The position numbers were made by a program, and so were the translations under genes. DNA of 64,000 nt from Singulisphaera sp. GP187 (lineage in GTDB: Bacteria; Planctomycetota; Phycisphaerae; Phycisphaerales; SM1A02): the NCBI GenBank assembly GCA_945871915.1, contig CAMBXO010000014.1:2124-66123 (forward strand), read 5' to 3'. Below are positions 37,061 to 47,406 of the stretch, piece after piece. The notes under the pieces are model-generated. The model did no database searches. It had not been told where the DNA came from and saw only the letters and a list, made by a program, of their open reading frames with translations. Numbering within the stretch: position 1 is the first letter of the stretch; the number at the start of each line of letters is the position of its first letter.

Positions 37061-38473
37061 CTACCCGTTCGGCTCAGTCCGTGAGCGAAGCTCTCCGTTG
37101 TGAAGGCGTGTGGTCAAGAGGGAACCGCTCGGTACCGACGCTGCATTCTGAACCGGTCGGCCAGCCTCGTCGAAGGTGATCGAATACCCACGTGCAAGCG
37201 TGCGCTCGGGCGCAACGGAGTCAAGGCGGGCACTGAAGGAAAGCACTTGGTCACTCCACCTTTGAAATCGATGGGCTGTTGATCGCGTAAGTCGGTGAAC
37301 CAAACTGGACACATTCGCATGGCCGACTTCTACACGCGTTTTCGGAGCGAACGCCGACAGTCTGGATTGCATCGCAGCCACATCGGCCGCTCCACGCTGC
37401 AAGCGGGTCTGGAGTGCGTACCGAGAGCGGCGGACAATCTGTTCGATCCGCTCGCGCGGTCTTTGCAACAATCCGCTCGCGTCGCGGAGACAGGCTCGAG
37501 ACGCCAAAGAGTCGGTGGATGACTTGCGTACAAGGATGGACTGCGTTGCTTCTCTGACAAGTCGTGCCACCAGTGCAGCGAGCTGCCCAGCGAGTTCCTT
37601 TCGGTCTGGGATCACCGCCATCATGGCTTGCGTGGGCGTGCTGGCTCGATGATCCGCAACAAGATCCAACACGCTTGTATCGGATTCGTGGCCGATTGCC
37701 GCAACCAATGGAAGCCCACTCTTAAAGGCTGCGTCCGCCACAAGCCGCTCATTGAACGGCTGCAAATCCTCGCGACTTCCGCCGCCTCGCGTGACAACAA
37801 TCACATCCACACCAAGTCGTTGAGCGTGATCATTCACACCCTCAATGGCTTTGGCCACGGCCGCTGCGGCTGTTGAGCCTTGCACGGGCACTCCCACAAT
37901 CACAAGTGGAATGGAAGGGAATCGCATCTGCGCCGTCGTGAGGCAATCTTGCAGTGCGGCGGCACCAAAGCTGGTGATGATGGCGACGCCCTTTGGAACC
38001 GGCGGGAGCGGTCGCTTTCGTTGGTCAAGAAAATATCCAAGCCCTCGCAGTTCATCGCACATGGCACGAAATTTCGCCTCGAGCGCACCCTCCCCCACCA
38101 ATTCGATGCGATTTGCAATCAAATTCAGTCGCCCACCCGGGGTATAAAAATCCAGCATGCCCTCGATCACCACCCTGGCTCCCTGCGTGGGCTTGATGGC
38201 GCTCTTGGCAAGGGTGCTTTTCCACATGACGCACGAGATCGTGGACGCATCATCCTTGAGTTGGAAGTAGCAGTGCGTGTCTTTCTTACCCAGCGCACTC
38301 ACACTCACTTCGCCAACCACCACAATCTTTCCAAGACCAACCACCGTGCCTTGGATCAATCGTGCAACCTGCGAAACCGAGAGCGGTTCCTTGCCCGGTT
38401 GAGTGGGAAGATCTTGCTTGGCGTCAAACAAGCCGCCCGGAATCTTGGATGAATCAGAGAGGGGCCGGGCCAT
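37061..38473 (-). CDS. xseA: exodeoxyribonuclease VII large subunit
   Basis: OB-fold N-terminus, GVAIITSFGAAALQD, VTRGGGSREDLQPFN and AIGHESDTSVLDLVAD..ASTPT. The start could instead be TTG 38431. Confidence 0.92.
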   Translation of the reverse strand: MARPLSDSSKIPGGLFDAKQDLPTQPGKEPLSVSQVARLIQGTVVGLGKIVVVGEVSVSALGKKDTHCYFQLKDDASTISCVMWKSTLAKSAIKPTQGARVVIEGMLDFYTPGGRLNLIANRIELVGEGALEAKFRAMCDELRGLGYFLDQRKRPLPPVPKGVAIITSFGAAALQDCLTTAQMRFPSIPLVIVGVPVQGSTAAAAVAKAIEGVNDHAQRLGVDVIVVTRGGGSREDLQPFNERLVADAAFKSGLPLVAAIGHESDTSVLDLVADHRASTPTQAMMAVIPDRKELAGQLAALVARLVREATQSILVRKSSTDSLASRACLRDASGLLQRPRERIEQIVRRSRYALQTRLQRGAADVAAMQSRLSAFAPKTRVEVGHANVSSLVHRLTRSTAHRFQRWSDQVLSFSARLDSVAPERTLARGYSITFDEAGRPVQNAASVPSGSLLTTRLHNGELRSRTEPNG

Positions 38474-38474
38474 C

Positions 38475-40607
38475 GTGGCATCGTACGATCCGCGCGTGAG
38501 CGTTTCTCAACCGATCGATGCACGCCTTCCGCTTGTACAGATTTCCGGCATCGGTCCTCGAGCGGTGGAACGGCTTGCGCACCTTGATCTTCATACGGCC
38601 GGAGACCTTGTGCGACATCTGCCCATGCGGCACGAACGGCGTTTGGCGGAGCGCACCATTGCACAGACCACATCCGAAGTCCACGACGAGACCACCAATG
38701 TTCGCCTTCGTGGAACCTTGGCTCGTGTTCGAACGCGAACCGGGCCTCGAACAAAAATCGAAGCCACGCTGGAAGATGGCACGGCAACGGCACGCCTTGT
38801 GTGGTTTAACGCCGGCTGGATGCGGGACAAGCTTCATCCTGGTGAACTCGGTGTAGCCGAGGGGCGAGCCAAGATTCGTCAGGGATATTTGGAACTTGGA
38901 AACCCGCGATGGATTCCAGAGGAGCGAGCCGGAAGTGCCACCACCGATGCATCGGACGATTTGCGACCCATTTATCCAGCAAGCGAGGAAATCGGATCGG
39001 CAGAAATTGAGGCGATTGTCAAACAGATCCTTGAGGGTGTCTGCCAGTCCATAGAGGATCCGCTGCCTGCTCCGTTTCGTCACGAGCGAGATCTCATGCC
39101 TTTGGCCGACGCATGGCGTGCCATGCATGCTCCGAACAATCACGACGAACTGGCCATGGCTCGACGGCGACTGGCCTTTGATGAACTCTTGCTGCTGCAA
39201 TTGGGTGTCATGATGCGGCGATCTCAGTTGAGAAGTCGCACTCGCGCGGTTTCGTTGCCCTGCAATCAATCGATCGATGCACACATTCGCCAACGCATGC
39301 CCTTTCGGCTGACCGCTGAACAGGATCGAGTGATCGCTGAAATTGTGAGCGATCTTGCACAACCACTTGCGATGAACCGACTCCTTCAGGGCGACGTTGG
39401 CAGCGGAAAAACGGCGGTTGCCGCCTATTGCATGATGCTGGCGGTGGCCAACGGCCATCAAGCCGCCTTGGTGGCGCCGACTGAATTGCTGGCCGAACAG
39501 CATGAACGCGTTCTGAGCGCCATGCTGGCGGGCACCGATGTGAAACTTCGTTTGTTGACCGGTTCGTGCAGCGAAGCCGATCGCACCGCCATCATCGCCG
39601 GATTGGCCCGAGGCACGATCGATCTGGTGGTGGGAACGCACGCGCTCTTGGAAGAAGGCGTCGCCTTTCGCCATCTTGCATTGGCCGTCATCGACGAGCA
39701 GCATCGCTTTGGAGTTCGGCAACGAGCGGTGTTGCGGCAAAAGGGTCAAGGTGAGTTGCCGCTCATTCCGCATTCACTTGTCATGACCGCCACGCCAATT
39801 CCTCGCACGCTTGCGATCACGCTCTACGGTGATCTGGACTTAAGCACGCTGCGAGGAAAGCCGCCCGGTCGAACGCCAGCCATCACTCGCGTGGTGGATT
39901 CGTCGAAGGCACCGGAGGTGTATGCCTATCTGCGAACGCGACTGGACAAGGGTGAGCAGGCATTCATTGTGGTTCCTGCCGTCGAAGAATCGGAACAGGA
40001 AATCAAAGATGTCGCCACCCACATGAATTTTCTAGCCAACGGACCTTTTCGCGGGCTGTCCATCTCCAGCGTGCATGGCCGCGTGCATCGAGATCAGCGT
40101 GAAGCCACCATGCAGGCGTTTCGATCTGGTGTCATCAGCGTTCTGGTGGCGACCACGGTGATCGAGGTCGGAGTGGATGTTCCCAATGCAAGCTTGATGG
40201 TGGTTGAACATGCCGAGCGATTCGGTCTCGCACAGTTGCATCAGTTACGAGGACGCGTGGGGCGTGGCACCGCCGCCAGCCTCTGCGTGTTTATTGGCGA
40301 TTCAACAACCGATGACGGTCGAGAGCGGCTGCTGGCCATTGCCTCCAGTGATGATGGCTTTACGATTGCGGAGCAGGATCTGAAACTGCGTGGACCCGGC
40401 GAAGTGTTTGGTGCACGGCAGTCCGGTTTGGCGCCCTTTCGCGTTGCCAATCTGGCCACCGACGGTGAGTTGCTGCGTCGAGCGCGCGCTGATGCACAGG
40501 CATGGATCGAACGAGATCCTGAACTGCAACGACCGGAGTCAGAATTGCTTCGTCGCAAGTTGATGGCAACGCATGGCAGTGCGCTGGGTCTTGGTGACAT
40601 TGGATAA
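38475..40607 (+). CDS. recG: ATP-dependent DNA helicase RecG
   Basis: Wedge-domain N-terminus (ISGIGPRAVERLAHLDLHT..DL..HLP), GDVGSGKT, DEQHRFG and QLHQLRGRVGRG. The start is uncertain (GTG 38475 or 38496). Confidence 0.93.
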   Translation: MASYDPRVSVSQPIDARLPLVQISGIGPRAVERLAHLDLHTAGDLVRHLPMRHERRLAERTIAQTTSEVHDETTNVRLRGTLARVRTRTGPRTKIEATLEDGTATARLVWFNAGWMRDKLHPGELGVAEGRAKIRQGYLELGNPRWIPEERAGSATTDASDDLRPIYPASEEIGSAEIEAIVKQILEGVCQSIEDPLPAPFRHERDLMPLADAWRAMHAPNNHDELAMARRRLAFDELLLLQLGVMMRRSQLRSRTRAVSLPCNQSIDAHIRQRMPFRLTAEQDRVIAEIVSDLAQPLAMNRLLQGDVGSGKTAVAAYCMMLAVANGHQAALVAPTELLAEQHERVLSAMLAGTDVKLRLLTGSCSEADRTAIIAGLARGTIDLVVGTHALLEEGVAFRHLALAVIDEQHRFGVRQRAVLRQKGQGELPLIPHSLVMTATPIPRTLAITLYGDLDLSTLRGKPPGRTPAITRVVDSSKAPEVYAYLRTRLDKGEQAFIVVPAVEESEQEIKDVATHMNFLANGPFRGLSISSVHGRVHRDQREATMQAFRSGVISVLVATTVIEVGVDVPNASLMVVEHAERFGLAQLHQLRGRVGRGTAASLCVFIGDSTTDDGRERLLAIASSDDGFTIAEQDLKLRGPGEVFGARQSGLAPFRVANLATDGELLRRARADAQAWIERDPELQRPESELLRRKLMATHGSALGLGDIG

Positions 40608-40653
40608 AGCGCTCGCACCGGCCGCGTTGCATACGCGCCGATACACTGGCTCA

Positions 40654-41322
40654 ATGAAGTCTGTTGCCATGCTCCAAGGAGTCACTTTTCAGCGAGATCA
40701 TGGGTTCTCGATGCATATTGATTCACTTTCCATTGAGCCGGGATCGATGACCCTGCTGTTGGGTGCTTCCGGGTCAGGCAAGAGCACACTTCTGTGGTTG
40801 ATCGCAGGATTGCTTCGTAGCACCAGCGGTTCCATTGAGATTGCGGGAGAACGATTGGACACACTGCACGAGGCAGGCCGCGATCGTCTTCGAGCCCGCC
40901 GCATGGGATTGGTTTTTCAGACACATCATCTGCTTGCGGATTTCACGGCAGAAGAAAATGTGTCGCTTGCTCTGATGGCGGCGGGTGAATCAGAGCGAAC
41001 CCACCATGCCCGCTCGTTGGAATTACTCGCGTCACTTGGTATTGATCGCCCCACCGCCAAAGCCAGTCAATTGAGTGTGGGTCAGCAGCAACGGGTCGCC
41101 GTGGCTCGCGCGATCGCTTGTCGACCGGTGCTGGTGCTTGCGGATGAACCCACCGCCAGTCTGGATGCGGCCAATCGCGATATAGCCATGGATGTGTTGC
41201 AGCAGGCATGTCGAACCACCGGTGCAGCCCTGGTGTGTGCAAGTCACGATCCATCGCTGGCTTCTCGCTTTCAACGCACGCTGGATGTCAACGCATTTGT
41301 GTCACAGAAAGTCGTCGCATGA
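40654..41322 (+). CDS. ABC transporter ATP-binding protein (LolD/MacB-type)
   Basis: GASGSGKSTL, LSVGQQQRVAVARA and LADEPTASLD. Start re-picked to ATG 40654. Confidence 0.85.
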   Translation: MKSVAMLQGVTFQRDHGFSMHIDSLSIEPGSMTLLLGASGSGKSTLLWLIAGLLRSTSGSIEIAGERLDTLHEAGRDRLRARRMGLVFQTHHLLADFTAEENVSLALMAAGESERTHHARSLELLASLGIDRPTAKASQLSVGQQQRVAVARAIACRPVLVLADEPTASLDAANRDIAMDVLQQACRTTGAALVCASHDPSLASRFQRTLDVNAFVSQKVVA

Positions 41323-42581
41323 ATGATCTTCGAGTCGTCATCATCAGCCTGCGGGCTCGACTGCTGAGCACGATCATCACTTCAAGCAGCGTGGCGGTGG
41401 CCGTTGGATTGCTGCTCACCATGCTCAGCCTCCGCACCGCGGGGTTTGATGCCTTTCAACGGGGCACCGGCACCATGCACCTGTTGGTGAGTAGCGATCC
41501 GAGTCCACTGGTAGCAGTGCTCAACGGAATTTTCTACGCCAATGCTCCGTCCAATCCGATTGCATGGGAAAAATACAATCAGATTCGAACCAGTTTCCCA
41601 TACGACTGGACCATTCCAATTCAACAGGGCGACTCCTTTCGTGGCTTTCCGGTTTGCGCAACCACCAATGAGTTTTTCACAAAGTTCCAACCCGCTAAGG
41701 GTGAGCCGTGGACCTTGAAAGAAGGTCGGTTTCCCGAAAAGTCATTTGAACTTTGCCTTGGCTCGCAAGCAGCCGACGGCACTGGGTTGCGACTTGGGCA
41801 ACGAGCGGAGCTCACCCACGGCGCTGACAGTGTGAGCGGCCACGAGCACGGGGATTTTCCGTACACGGTGGTGGGCATTCTGAAGCCAACCGGATCCGCT
41901 CACGACCGGGCTGTGTTCACCGATCTAGAAAGCACATGGATTCTGCATGCCCACGATCGGCGCGAACGAGAGGGGCTGCATGAGTTGACAACTGTCTCAG
42001 ACCTTACGGAGTCCGATCGAAAGATCACCGGCATTTTGCTGCGACTGCCCACGCGGCCAGGCAGCGATGCCAGTGCCGCCCTGCAACAGCAATTTGATGC
42101 GCTGCGCCGAGACACCAGCATTGTTGTGGCGCAACCATCTCAACAAATCGATCGTTTGCGATCGATTGTCGGCAATGTGGATTCGCTCTTTCTTGCACTT
42201 GGTGTCGCCGTGCTGGTCTCGAGTGGCATCAGTATTTTGCTTGCGCTCTACAACAGCATGGCAGAACGCCGCCGGCAGATCGCCATTCTTCGAGCCATGG
42301 GGTTGCCCCGCGGACGTATTCAAGGCATGGTTGTTGCAGAAGCGTGCTTGATTGGATTCATCGGTGGGCTTGCTGGCATCATCCTGAGTTTGGTTGGAGG
42401 TGTCGTGGCGGCGGCGGCACTCAAACAAAACATTGGTCTGGTGGTTGATCCGAGTCTTGACCTGCGGAGCGCGATCATTGTGCTGGCAAGTGCGGTTGTG
42501 CTTGCGGCGGTTGCAAGCCTGCTTCCCGCATGGGTGGCCTACCGCACGCAGGTGGCGGATCATTTGCGCCCGGATGCGTGA
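41319..42581 (+). CDS. ABC transporter permease, FtsX/MacB-like
   Basis: ATGA overlap with the ATPase gene. N-terminal TM, a large periplasmic domain, and a C-terminal 3-TM FtsX module (RRRQIAILRAMGL). Confidence 0.8.
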   Translation: MNDLRVVIISLRARLLSTIITSSSVAVAVGLLLTMLSLRTAGFDAFQRGTGTMHLLVSSDPSPLVAVLNGIFYANAPSNPIAWEKYNQIRTSFPYDWTIPIQQGDSFRGFPVCATTNEFFTKFQPAKGEPWTLKEGRFPEKSFELCLGSQAADGTGLRLGQRAELTHGADSVSGHEHGDFPYTVVGILKPTGSAHDRAVFTDLESTWILHAHDRREREGLHELTTVSDLTESDRKITGILLRLPTRPGSDASAALQQQFDALRRDTSIVVAQPSQQIDRLRSIVGNVDSLFLALGVAVLVSSGISILLALYNSMAERRRQIAILRAMGLPRGRIQGMVVAEACLIGFIGGLAGIILSLVGGVVAAAALKQNIGLVVDPSLDLRSAIIVLASAVVLAAVASLLPAWVAYRTQVADHLRPDA

Positions 42582-42584
42582 TTC

Positions 42585-43352
42585 ATGAAATTCGTCTGGG
42601 CCATGCTGTTGATCATTGTGGTGGCCGGCCTTGTTGCCGTGCTGATGCCAACTGGCGGCAGCGCGATTGAAAAGGAACAATTGGTGGCCAAAGAACCAAC
42701 CAGTGTTTCCGAAGCGATCACCATAAAGCCACCAATCACGGCGGTAGTGGTTCCCCCACCCACGCCCGTGTCCACGCCGAGCGCGCCAACGACTGTTGCT
42801 GGAGTCGCACACACCAAAGCGATCGCCGGTGGCCTTGCGTTGGGTCTTGATCGAACCATTCCGCATGCAACCGTTGTCGCTGGTTCGATTGTGCGGCAAC
42901 CCGATGGCAGTCTTCTGGCGGATGGCGTCTATCGAATCGAGGGAGACGGAACGCGTGCATCGCCCTATCGAGTTGGATGGGATTGCCTTGCCAGCGCGAG
43001 TTCAACCTTTGTCCCCCGCCTCAAGGAAAATAAAATTCCACAACGAATCAGCATGCTCGACGGCGCATGGGTTCGCGTGGAGGGTTACGTAGCGTTTCCG
43101 CTGATGTTGCAGGAAAGCTCGGAGGTGCTTGCCATGTTGAATCAATGGGATGGTTGCTGCATTGGAGTCCCGCCAACTCCCTATGACGCCATTGAAGTCA
43201 AACTCGCTGCGGCCGTAAAACCTGGCCGCCGCCATACATTTAACTTTGGACATGTCACTGGCCGCTTCCGCGTGGATCCGTTGCTGATCGAGAACTGGCT
43301 TGTGGGGCTCTACCAGCTGGAAGAAGCCACACTGGAACAAAGCGATCTTTAA
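42585..43352 (+). CDS. membrane-anchored protein resembling DUF3299 (frequent partner of FtsX-type ABC systems)
   Basis: N-terminal TM, a Pro/Thr linker, then LDGAWVRVEGYVAFPL...WDGCCIGVPPTPYDAIEV, as in DUF3299 proteins. Recognised from memory only. Confidence 0.55.
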   Translation: MKFVWAMLLIIVVAGLVAVLMPTGGSAIEKEQLVAKEPTSVSEAITIKPPITAVVVPPPTPVSTPSAPTTVAGVAHTKAIAGGLALGLDRTIPHATVVAGSIVRQPDGSLLADGVYRIEGDGTRASPYRVGWDCLASASSTFVPRLKENKIPQRISMLDGAWVRVEGYVAFPLMLQESSEVLAMLNQWDGCCIGVPPTPYDAIEVKLAAAVKPGRRHTFNFGHVTGRFRVDPLLIENWLVGLYQLEEATLEQSDL

Positions 43353-44134
43353 AAGCGCTTGTGCACCGGGCGACCATCGGCGCTTTTGAGACCGAGCAAC
43401 GTACGCATGAGGGCAAGGTCTTCTGGAACCGTGATCTTTAGATTTCGAAATTCGCCATCCACCACCATCACCGGTTCACCAAGCCGCTCGACAAGTCCGG
43501 CATCGTCGGTCACATCCTGCACATTCGACTGGCTATAGGCACGGCGAAACAGAGTGATCTCAAAAATCTGCGGAGTCTGCACCGCCACCATGCGCGCGCG
43601 ATCCACCGCTTCCTGCACAAATCGCCCCGTTCGCTTCCCTGCATCCGCATCTTCACCAAGAATCATGTCCGCCAGCGCGTCCTCCGGTTCCGCCTGCACT
43701 TGCATTTCACTCACGCGCTTCAGCGTGTCGGCAATGGCCAGTCCCGGAATCACCGCGGCATGCACCTTGGCGGCCTCCATCAGCCGAGAAATCAGTTCAT
43801 CACTGGTGCCCGGCCTTGCCGCATCGTGCACGGCGACATGCGTGGCATCGTCTGGCACAGCAGCCAACGCATTCTTGACCGTCTCCCAACGACCGGTCGC
43901 ACTGCCAGCAACGATGCGCACGCCATGGAAAGAAAGTTGCGCGCCGAAGCGATCCTGAAAGGCGGGCATATCGTCGGGCGGACCCGCCACAATGATGGTG
44001 CGAACTTCATCCCGTTTGGTAAACAACTCAATCGACCTCAACAACACGGCTCGTCCGCCAAGGTCGGCGCCAAGTTTGTCGGTTCCATAGCGACTGCTCC
44101 GACCCGCGGCTGGAATGATCACGCTGACATTCAC
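43349..44134 (-). CDS. ispD: 2-C-methyl-D-erythritol 4-phosphate cytidylyltransferase
   Basis: VIIPAAGRSSRYG-DKL, VHDAARP and TLKR motifs. Start re-picked to GTG 44134 (GTGA overlap with the rsmD stop). Confidence 0.88.
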   Translation of the reverse strand: MNVSVIIPAAGRSSRYGTDKLGADLGGRAVLLRSIELFTKRDEVRTIIVAGPPDDMPAFQDRFGAQLSFHGVRIVAGSATGRWETVKNALAAVPDDATHVAVHDAARPGTSDELISRLMEAAKVHAAVIPGLAIADTLKRVSEMQVQAEPEDALADMILGEDADAGKRTGRFVQEAVDRARMVAVQTPQIFEITLFRRAYSQSNVQDVTDDAGLVERLGEPVMVVDGEFRNLKITVPEDLALMRTLLGLKSADGRPVHKRF

Positions 44135-44721
44135 GATGCAGGCCCCTCTTTGTGTGGGCAATAGAGCAACACATGTTGCTCTGGACCATATTGGCGATGC
44201 TCTGGGCCATCGAACCCAGTCAACGACGGTCCATTGCCGCTGACTTCCGGCAATCGCAGAATGAGAAATGAACTCGGTTTCATTTTGGGTAAACAGCGTT
44301 GCGCTTGATTCAGAATTCGCTGCAAACCCTCCTCCGTTCGCACAAGGGCGAATGGCGGGTCCAAGAACACCAGATCCACAGGCTCACTCACGGTCGCAAG
44401 GGCCGTTTCACCCAGCGCATCGGCTCGAACCAGCACCGCACGATCCGAAACGCCCATCGATTCAACATTCAGTTTCAAAAAGTCAAAGACCTCTCGATCG
44501 TGTTCCACCAGCCAGACTTTGGAAGCACCTCGGCTGAGTGCTTCAAGCCCCATGGTGCCGACTCCGGCAAAGAGATCCAGAACGCGAGCATCCTGAAACC
44601 AACCGCGGAGAACATTGAACACGGCTTCTCGCGTTCGAGAACCCATGGGTCGTGTGCTGTGACCGTCGATGGGAGTTTCCAGTCGCCGGCCGCGAAATTG
44701 GCCACCAAGAACGCGGAGCAT
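44131..44721 (-). CDS. rsmD: 16S rRNA (guanine966-N2)-methyltransferase
   Basis: GGQFRGRRL..P....TRPM.SRTREAVFN, LDLFAGVG and FLDPPF. Confidence 0.9.
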   Translation of the reverse strand: MLRVLGGQFRGRRLETPIDGHSTRPMGSRTREAVFNVLRGWFQDARVLDLFAGVGTMGLEALSRGASKVWLVEHDREVFDFLKLNVESMGVSDRAVLVRADALGETALATVSEPVDLVFLDPPFALVRTEEGLQRILNQAQRCLPKMKPSSFLILRLPEVSGNGPSLTGFDGPEHRQYGPEQHVLLYCPHKEGPAS

Positions 44722-44761
44722 GATGGCGGCGATAGTAGACGAATCGTGCTACGGTGAGTGA

Positions 44762-45556
44762 ATGCACGGCACCCATGCCCCCATGCCCAAGAGTTTGCGA
44801 ACACACGCTCAGTGGGTTTCGCTTTCAGGCGTGCCTGCACTGTTGGTGCATCCAGATTTTGGCACGGGGAACCCGATCAGCCCTCGACCCTTTCTGCTGT
44901 GGATGCATGGTCGAAGCGCGAATAAGGAATTGGACAACGGTCGCTACTTGCGATTAGTGCGTCAAGGCATTGCGTCAGTCGCCGTTGATCTGCCGGGTCA
45001 CGGAGAGAGACTGGAGAATTCCATGCAGGTTCCGCAGCGGTCCATGGAAGTCCTTGAGACCATGCTGCACGAACTCACGGGCGTTGAGAGGGCGATTCAG
45101 CACGAATCTGGATTTGATCTTCAGCGAGCTGCGGTGGGCGGCATGAGTTTGGGTGGCATGGTGGCGCTCGCACGGCTTTGCACGCATCACACATTCAAAG
45201 CCGCGTGGGTGGAAGCCACAACCGGTGATTGGTCCGAGCTAGCCAGTTCGCAATTCGACCCCGTGCGGGCGGAGAAGTGGGAACCCCTGCGGCACCTCGA
45301 CCAATGGCAGCCGGTGCCCCTGCTTGCACTCCATGCGGAACTGGACAAGTGGATGCCGGTCGAATCGCAGCGAACCTTTCTATCGCGAGTTGCAAACGTG
45401 AATCGCGGATTGCCAGTTGAATTCAAGACCTTTCCAGCGACCGGCGCACCACATGAGCACATCGGATTTGGTTCGTTTGCACCGCAGGCCAAGGACGCCG
45501 GCGTGGCATTCCTGATCACCCATCTTCAACCGAATATCTCTAGCGAACTTCCGTAA
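44762..45556 (+). CDS. alpha/beta hydrolase (dienelactone-hydrolase/esterase-like)
   Basis: GGMSLGG nucleophile elbow, HG-containing N-terminal segment, C-terminal His region. Confidence 0.68.
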   Translation: MHGTHAPMPKSLRTHAQWVSLSGVPALLVHPDFGTGNPISPRPFLLWMHGRSANKELDNGRYLRLVRQGIASVAVDLPGHGERLENSMQVPQRSMEVLETMLHELTGVERAIQHESGFDLQRAAVGGMSLGGMVALARLCTHHTFKAAWVEATTGDWSELASSQFDPVRAEKWEPLRHLDQWQPVPLLALHAELDKWMPVESQRTFLSRVANVNRGLPVEFKTFPATGAPHEHIGFGSFAPQAKDAGVAFLITHLQPNISSELP

Positions 45557-47396
45557 GTTGCGATTGAGCCAAGCGTCTGTACACCTCACAACGCTGCAGC
45601 AATTCGTCATGACGACCCACATCGATCACCGCGCCATGATCCATGACGGCAATCCGGTCACACGCAAACACGGTGCTAAGGCGGTGCGCAATCACCAGCA
45701 CTGTTCGCCCTGCTCCAAATTCTGCAATGGCAAGATTGATCTGCTCTTCGCTCTGTGCATCAATTTGGCTGGTGGCTTCATCCAAAATAAGAATGGCAGG
45801 GTTACGAAGCACCGCCCGTGCAATGGCGAGACGCTGCCGCTGACCGCCGGAAAGACTGCCGCCCTGTTCACTCACGGTTGCATGAACCCCGCCAGGCATC
45901 TGCTGCACAAACTCCCACGCGTGCGCACGCTGCAAAGCCTGTTGAACCTCGAGAGAACTTGGGCCTCGAAGTCCAAACCGCACATTGTCTTCGATGGATC
46001 CCTTTACCAGCGTCGCTTCCTGTGTCACGACGCCGATCTGATTTCGCAATGAGCGCACATCGATCGACTGCACATCCACACCATCCACCAGAACGCGCCC
46101 GCTTTCAGGCGTAAACAGTCGTGTCACCATGGCCAGCAGCGTGGTCTTGCCGCAACCATTGGGCCCAACAATGGCCAAACGTTCGCCATGTTCCACCGAC
46201 AACGAAGCCTGATTCAGCACCAATCGCTCATTAGCTGGATAGCGAAAGGACACTTTCTCAAATCGAATCGATGAGGTATGTCGACCCAACGCAGGTTTGG
46301 TGCGCTCACCTTGGTCCTCGCGGACCATGCTGAGCACTTCACGCAAACGCTTCGCCGGCGCGCTGGCAGCCTGCATTTCGTTGATGAATCCGGCGAGCGG
46401 CCGCATGCTTCCGGCGGCCACCGCCAGCGATCCAAGCGACAACACAAAGCGATCAAAGTCCAGATCACCGGCCAGAATTTGCCGAGCAGCAACAAGAGCC
46501 AAACCAATCACCGAAAATACGGCCAGCAATTCAACAAGCGGCCCAGAAAGAGCTTTCGCCTTCCGCATTCGCATTTCCTGACGCAAGGCCTCATGGTTGG
46601 AACGATTGAAGCGATGCATCGCCTCTCGCTCGGCACGCGCCGTCTTCACCGCACGCAATCCCTGCATCGTTTCGTTGGTGCTTCGCAAAAGAATTTCATT
46701 GGCTTCGAGTGCACCGCGCGAGCCCTTGCGAATGCTCTTGCCTGTTGCACGCAGCACCAATCCAAGCACAGGGCCCGCGATCATGGCCACCAGCACCAAA
46801 CGCCAGTCAAACACAATGGCGGCACAGAACGCAGCCACACCCTTGGTGACCTGTGCAAGCGTTTTACTGGTGAGCGATTCAAATCCTGCTCTCAACTCGC
46901 CGGTGTCTCGCAGCACTCGACTGGTGAAATCGGTTGGGCCCTGATGTGTGACGGTGGCCAGTGGCAGATGAATCGAATGTTCAAACACTTCCAGACGAAT
47001 CCGAGCCGCGGTGCGAGCGCACATGCCCATCGAAATCATTTGGTGCATAAAGTTTGCCGAGGCCCCCACCAGCGTCAGCAGCACCAGTCCGACCATGAGC
47101 AGAATCACTCCGGGGTAGGCGGATTGCGGAAACAGTGCAATGAGCCATTCCGGAATGTGCAGCGACGCATGGCTTGAATTCCATTGCCGCGAGAGCGATT
47201 GCAACGACGAACCCTCTTGCAGAATCAGTCGCAGAATGGGACCAAGGCTTAGGAGCCCAGCACCCAATCCGCCGGCGCTAATCGACGCACCCAGCACCAC
47301 CAGCACCACCTCGCGGCGGCGTTGAAGTAATCGGCGGGAAAACCACCAGAAGTCTCGCATTGGGTCAGTATCGTCCAACAGGGCCGTACCCATCAA
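45540..47396 (-). CDS. ABC exporter, fused permease/ATPase (MsbA-like)
   Basis: 6-TM N-terminal domain, GPNGCGKTT, LSGGQRQRLAIARA and ILDEATSQID. Confidence 0.85.
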   Translation of the reverse strand: MMGTALLDDTDPMRDFWWFSRRLLQRRREVVLVVLGASISAGGLGAGLLSLGPILRLILQEGSSLQSLSRQWNSSHASLHIPEWLIALFPQSAYPGVILLMVGLVLLTLVGASANFMHQMISMGMCARTAARIRLEVFEHSIHLPLATVTHQGPTDFTSRVLRDTGELRAGFESLTSKTLAQVTKGVAAFCAAIVFDWRLVLVAMIAGPVLGLVLRATGKSIRKGSRGALEANEILLRSTNETMQGLRAVKTARAEREAMHRFNRSNHEALRQEMRMRKAKALSGPLVELLAVFSVIGLALVAARQILAGDLDFDRFVLSLGSLAVAAGSMRPLAGFINEMQAASAPAKRLREVLSMVREDQGERTKPALGRHTSSIRFEKVSFRYPANERLVLNQASLSVEHGERLAIVGPNGCGKTTLLAMVTRLFTPESGRVLVDGVDVQSIDVRSLRNQIGVVTQEATLVKGSIEDNVRFGLRGPSSLEVQQALQRAHAWEFVQQMPGGVHATVSEQGGSLSGGQRQRLAIARAVLRNPAILILDEATSQIDAQSEEQINLAIAEFGAGRTVLVIAHRLSTVFACDRIAVMDHGAVIDVGRHDELLQRCEVYRRLAQSQLTEVR

Positions 47397-47406
47397 GTGA
47401 CTTGCG

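Noticed and set aside
35975-37084. 369-aa ORF on the plus strand
   Set aside because: Antisense to pilD and xseB, both of which have clear family motifs. Its composition is Arg/His/Gly-biased.
38431-38496. xseA and recG start codons apparently only 1 nt apart, back-to-back
   Set aside because: This depends on start choice. xseA could start at TTG 38431 and recG at GTG 38496, which would restore a normal divergent spacer. It cannot be resolved from sequence alone.
38454-39773. 439-aa ORF on the minus strand
   Set aside because: Antisense shadow of recG with no recognisable motifs.
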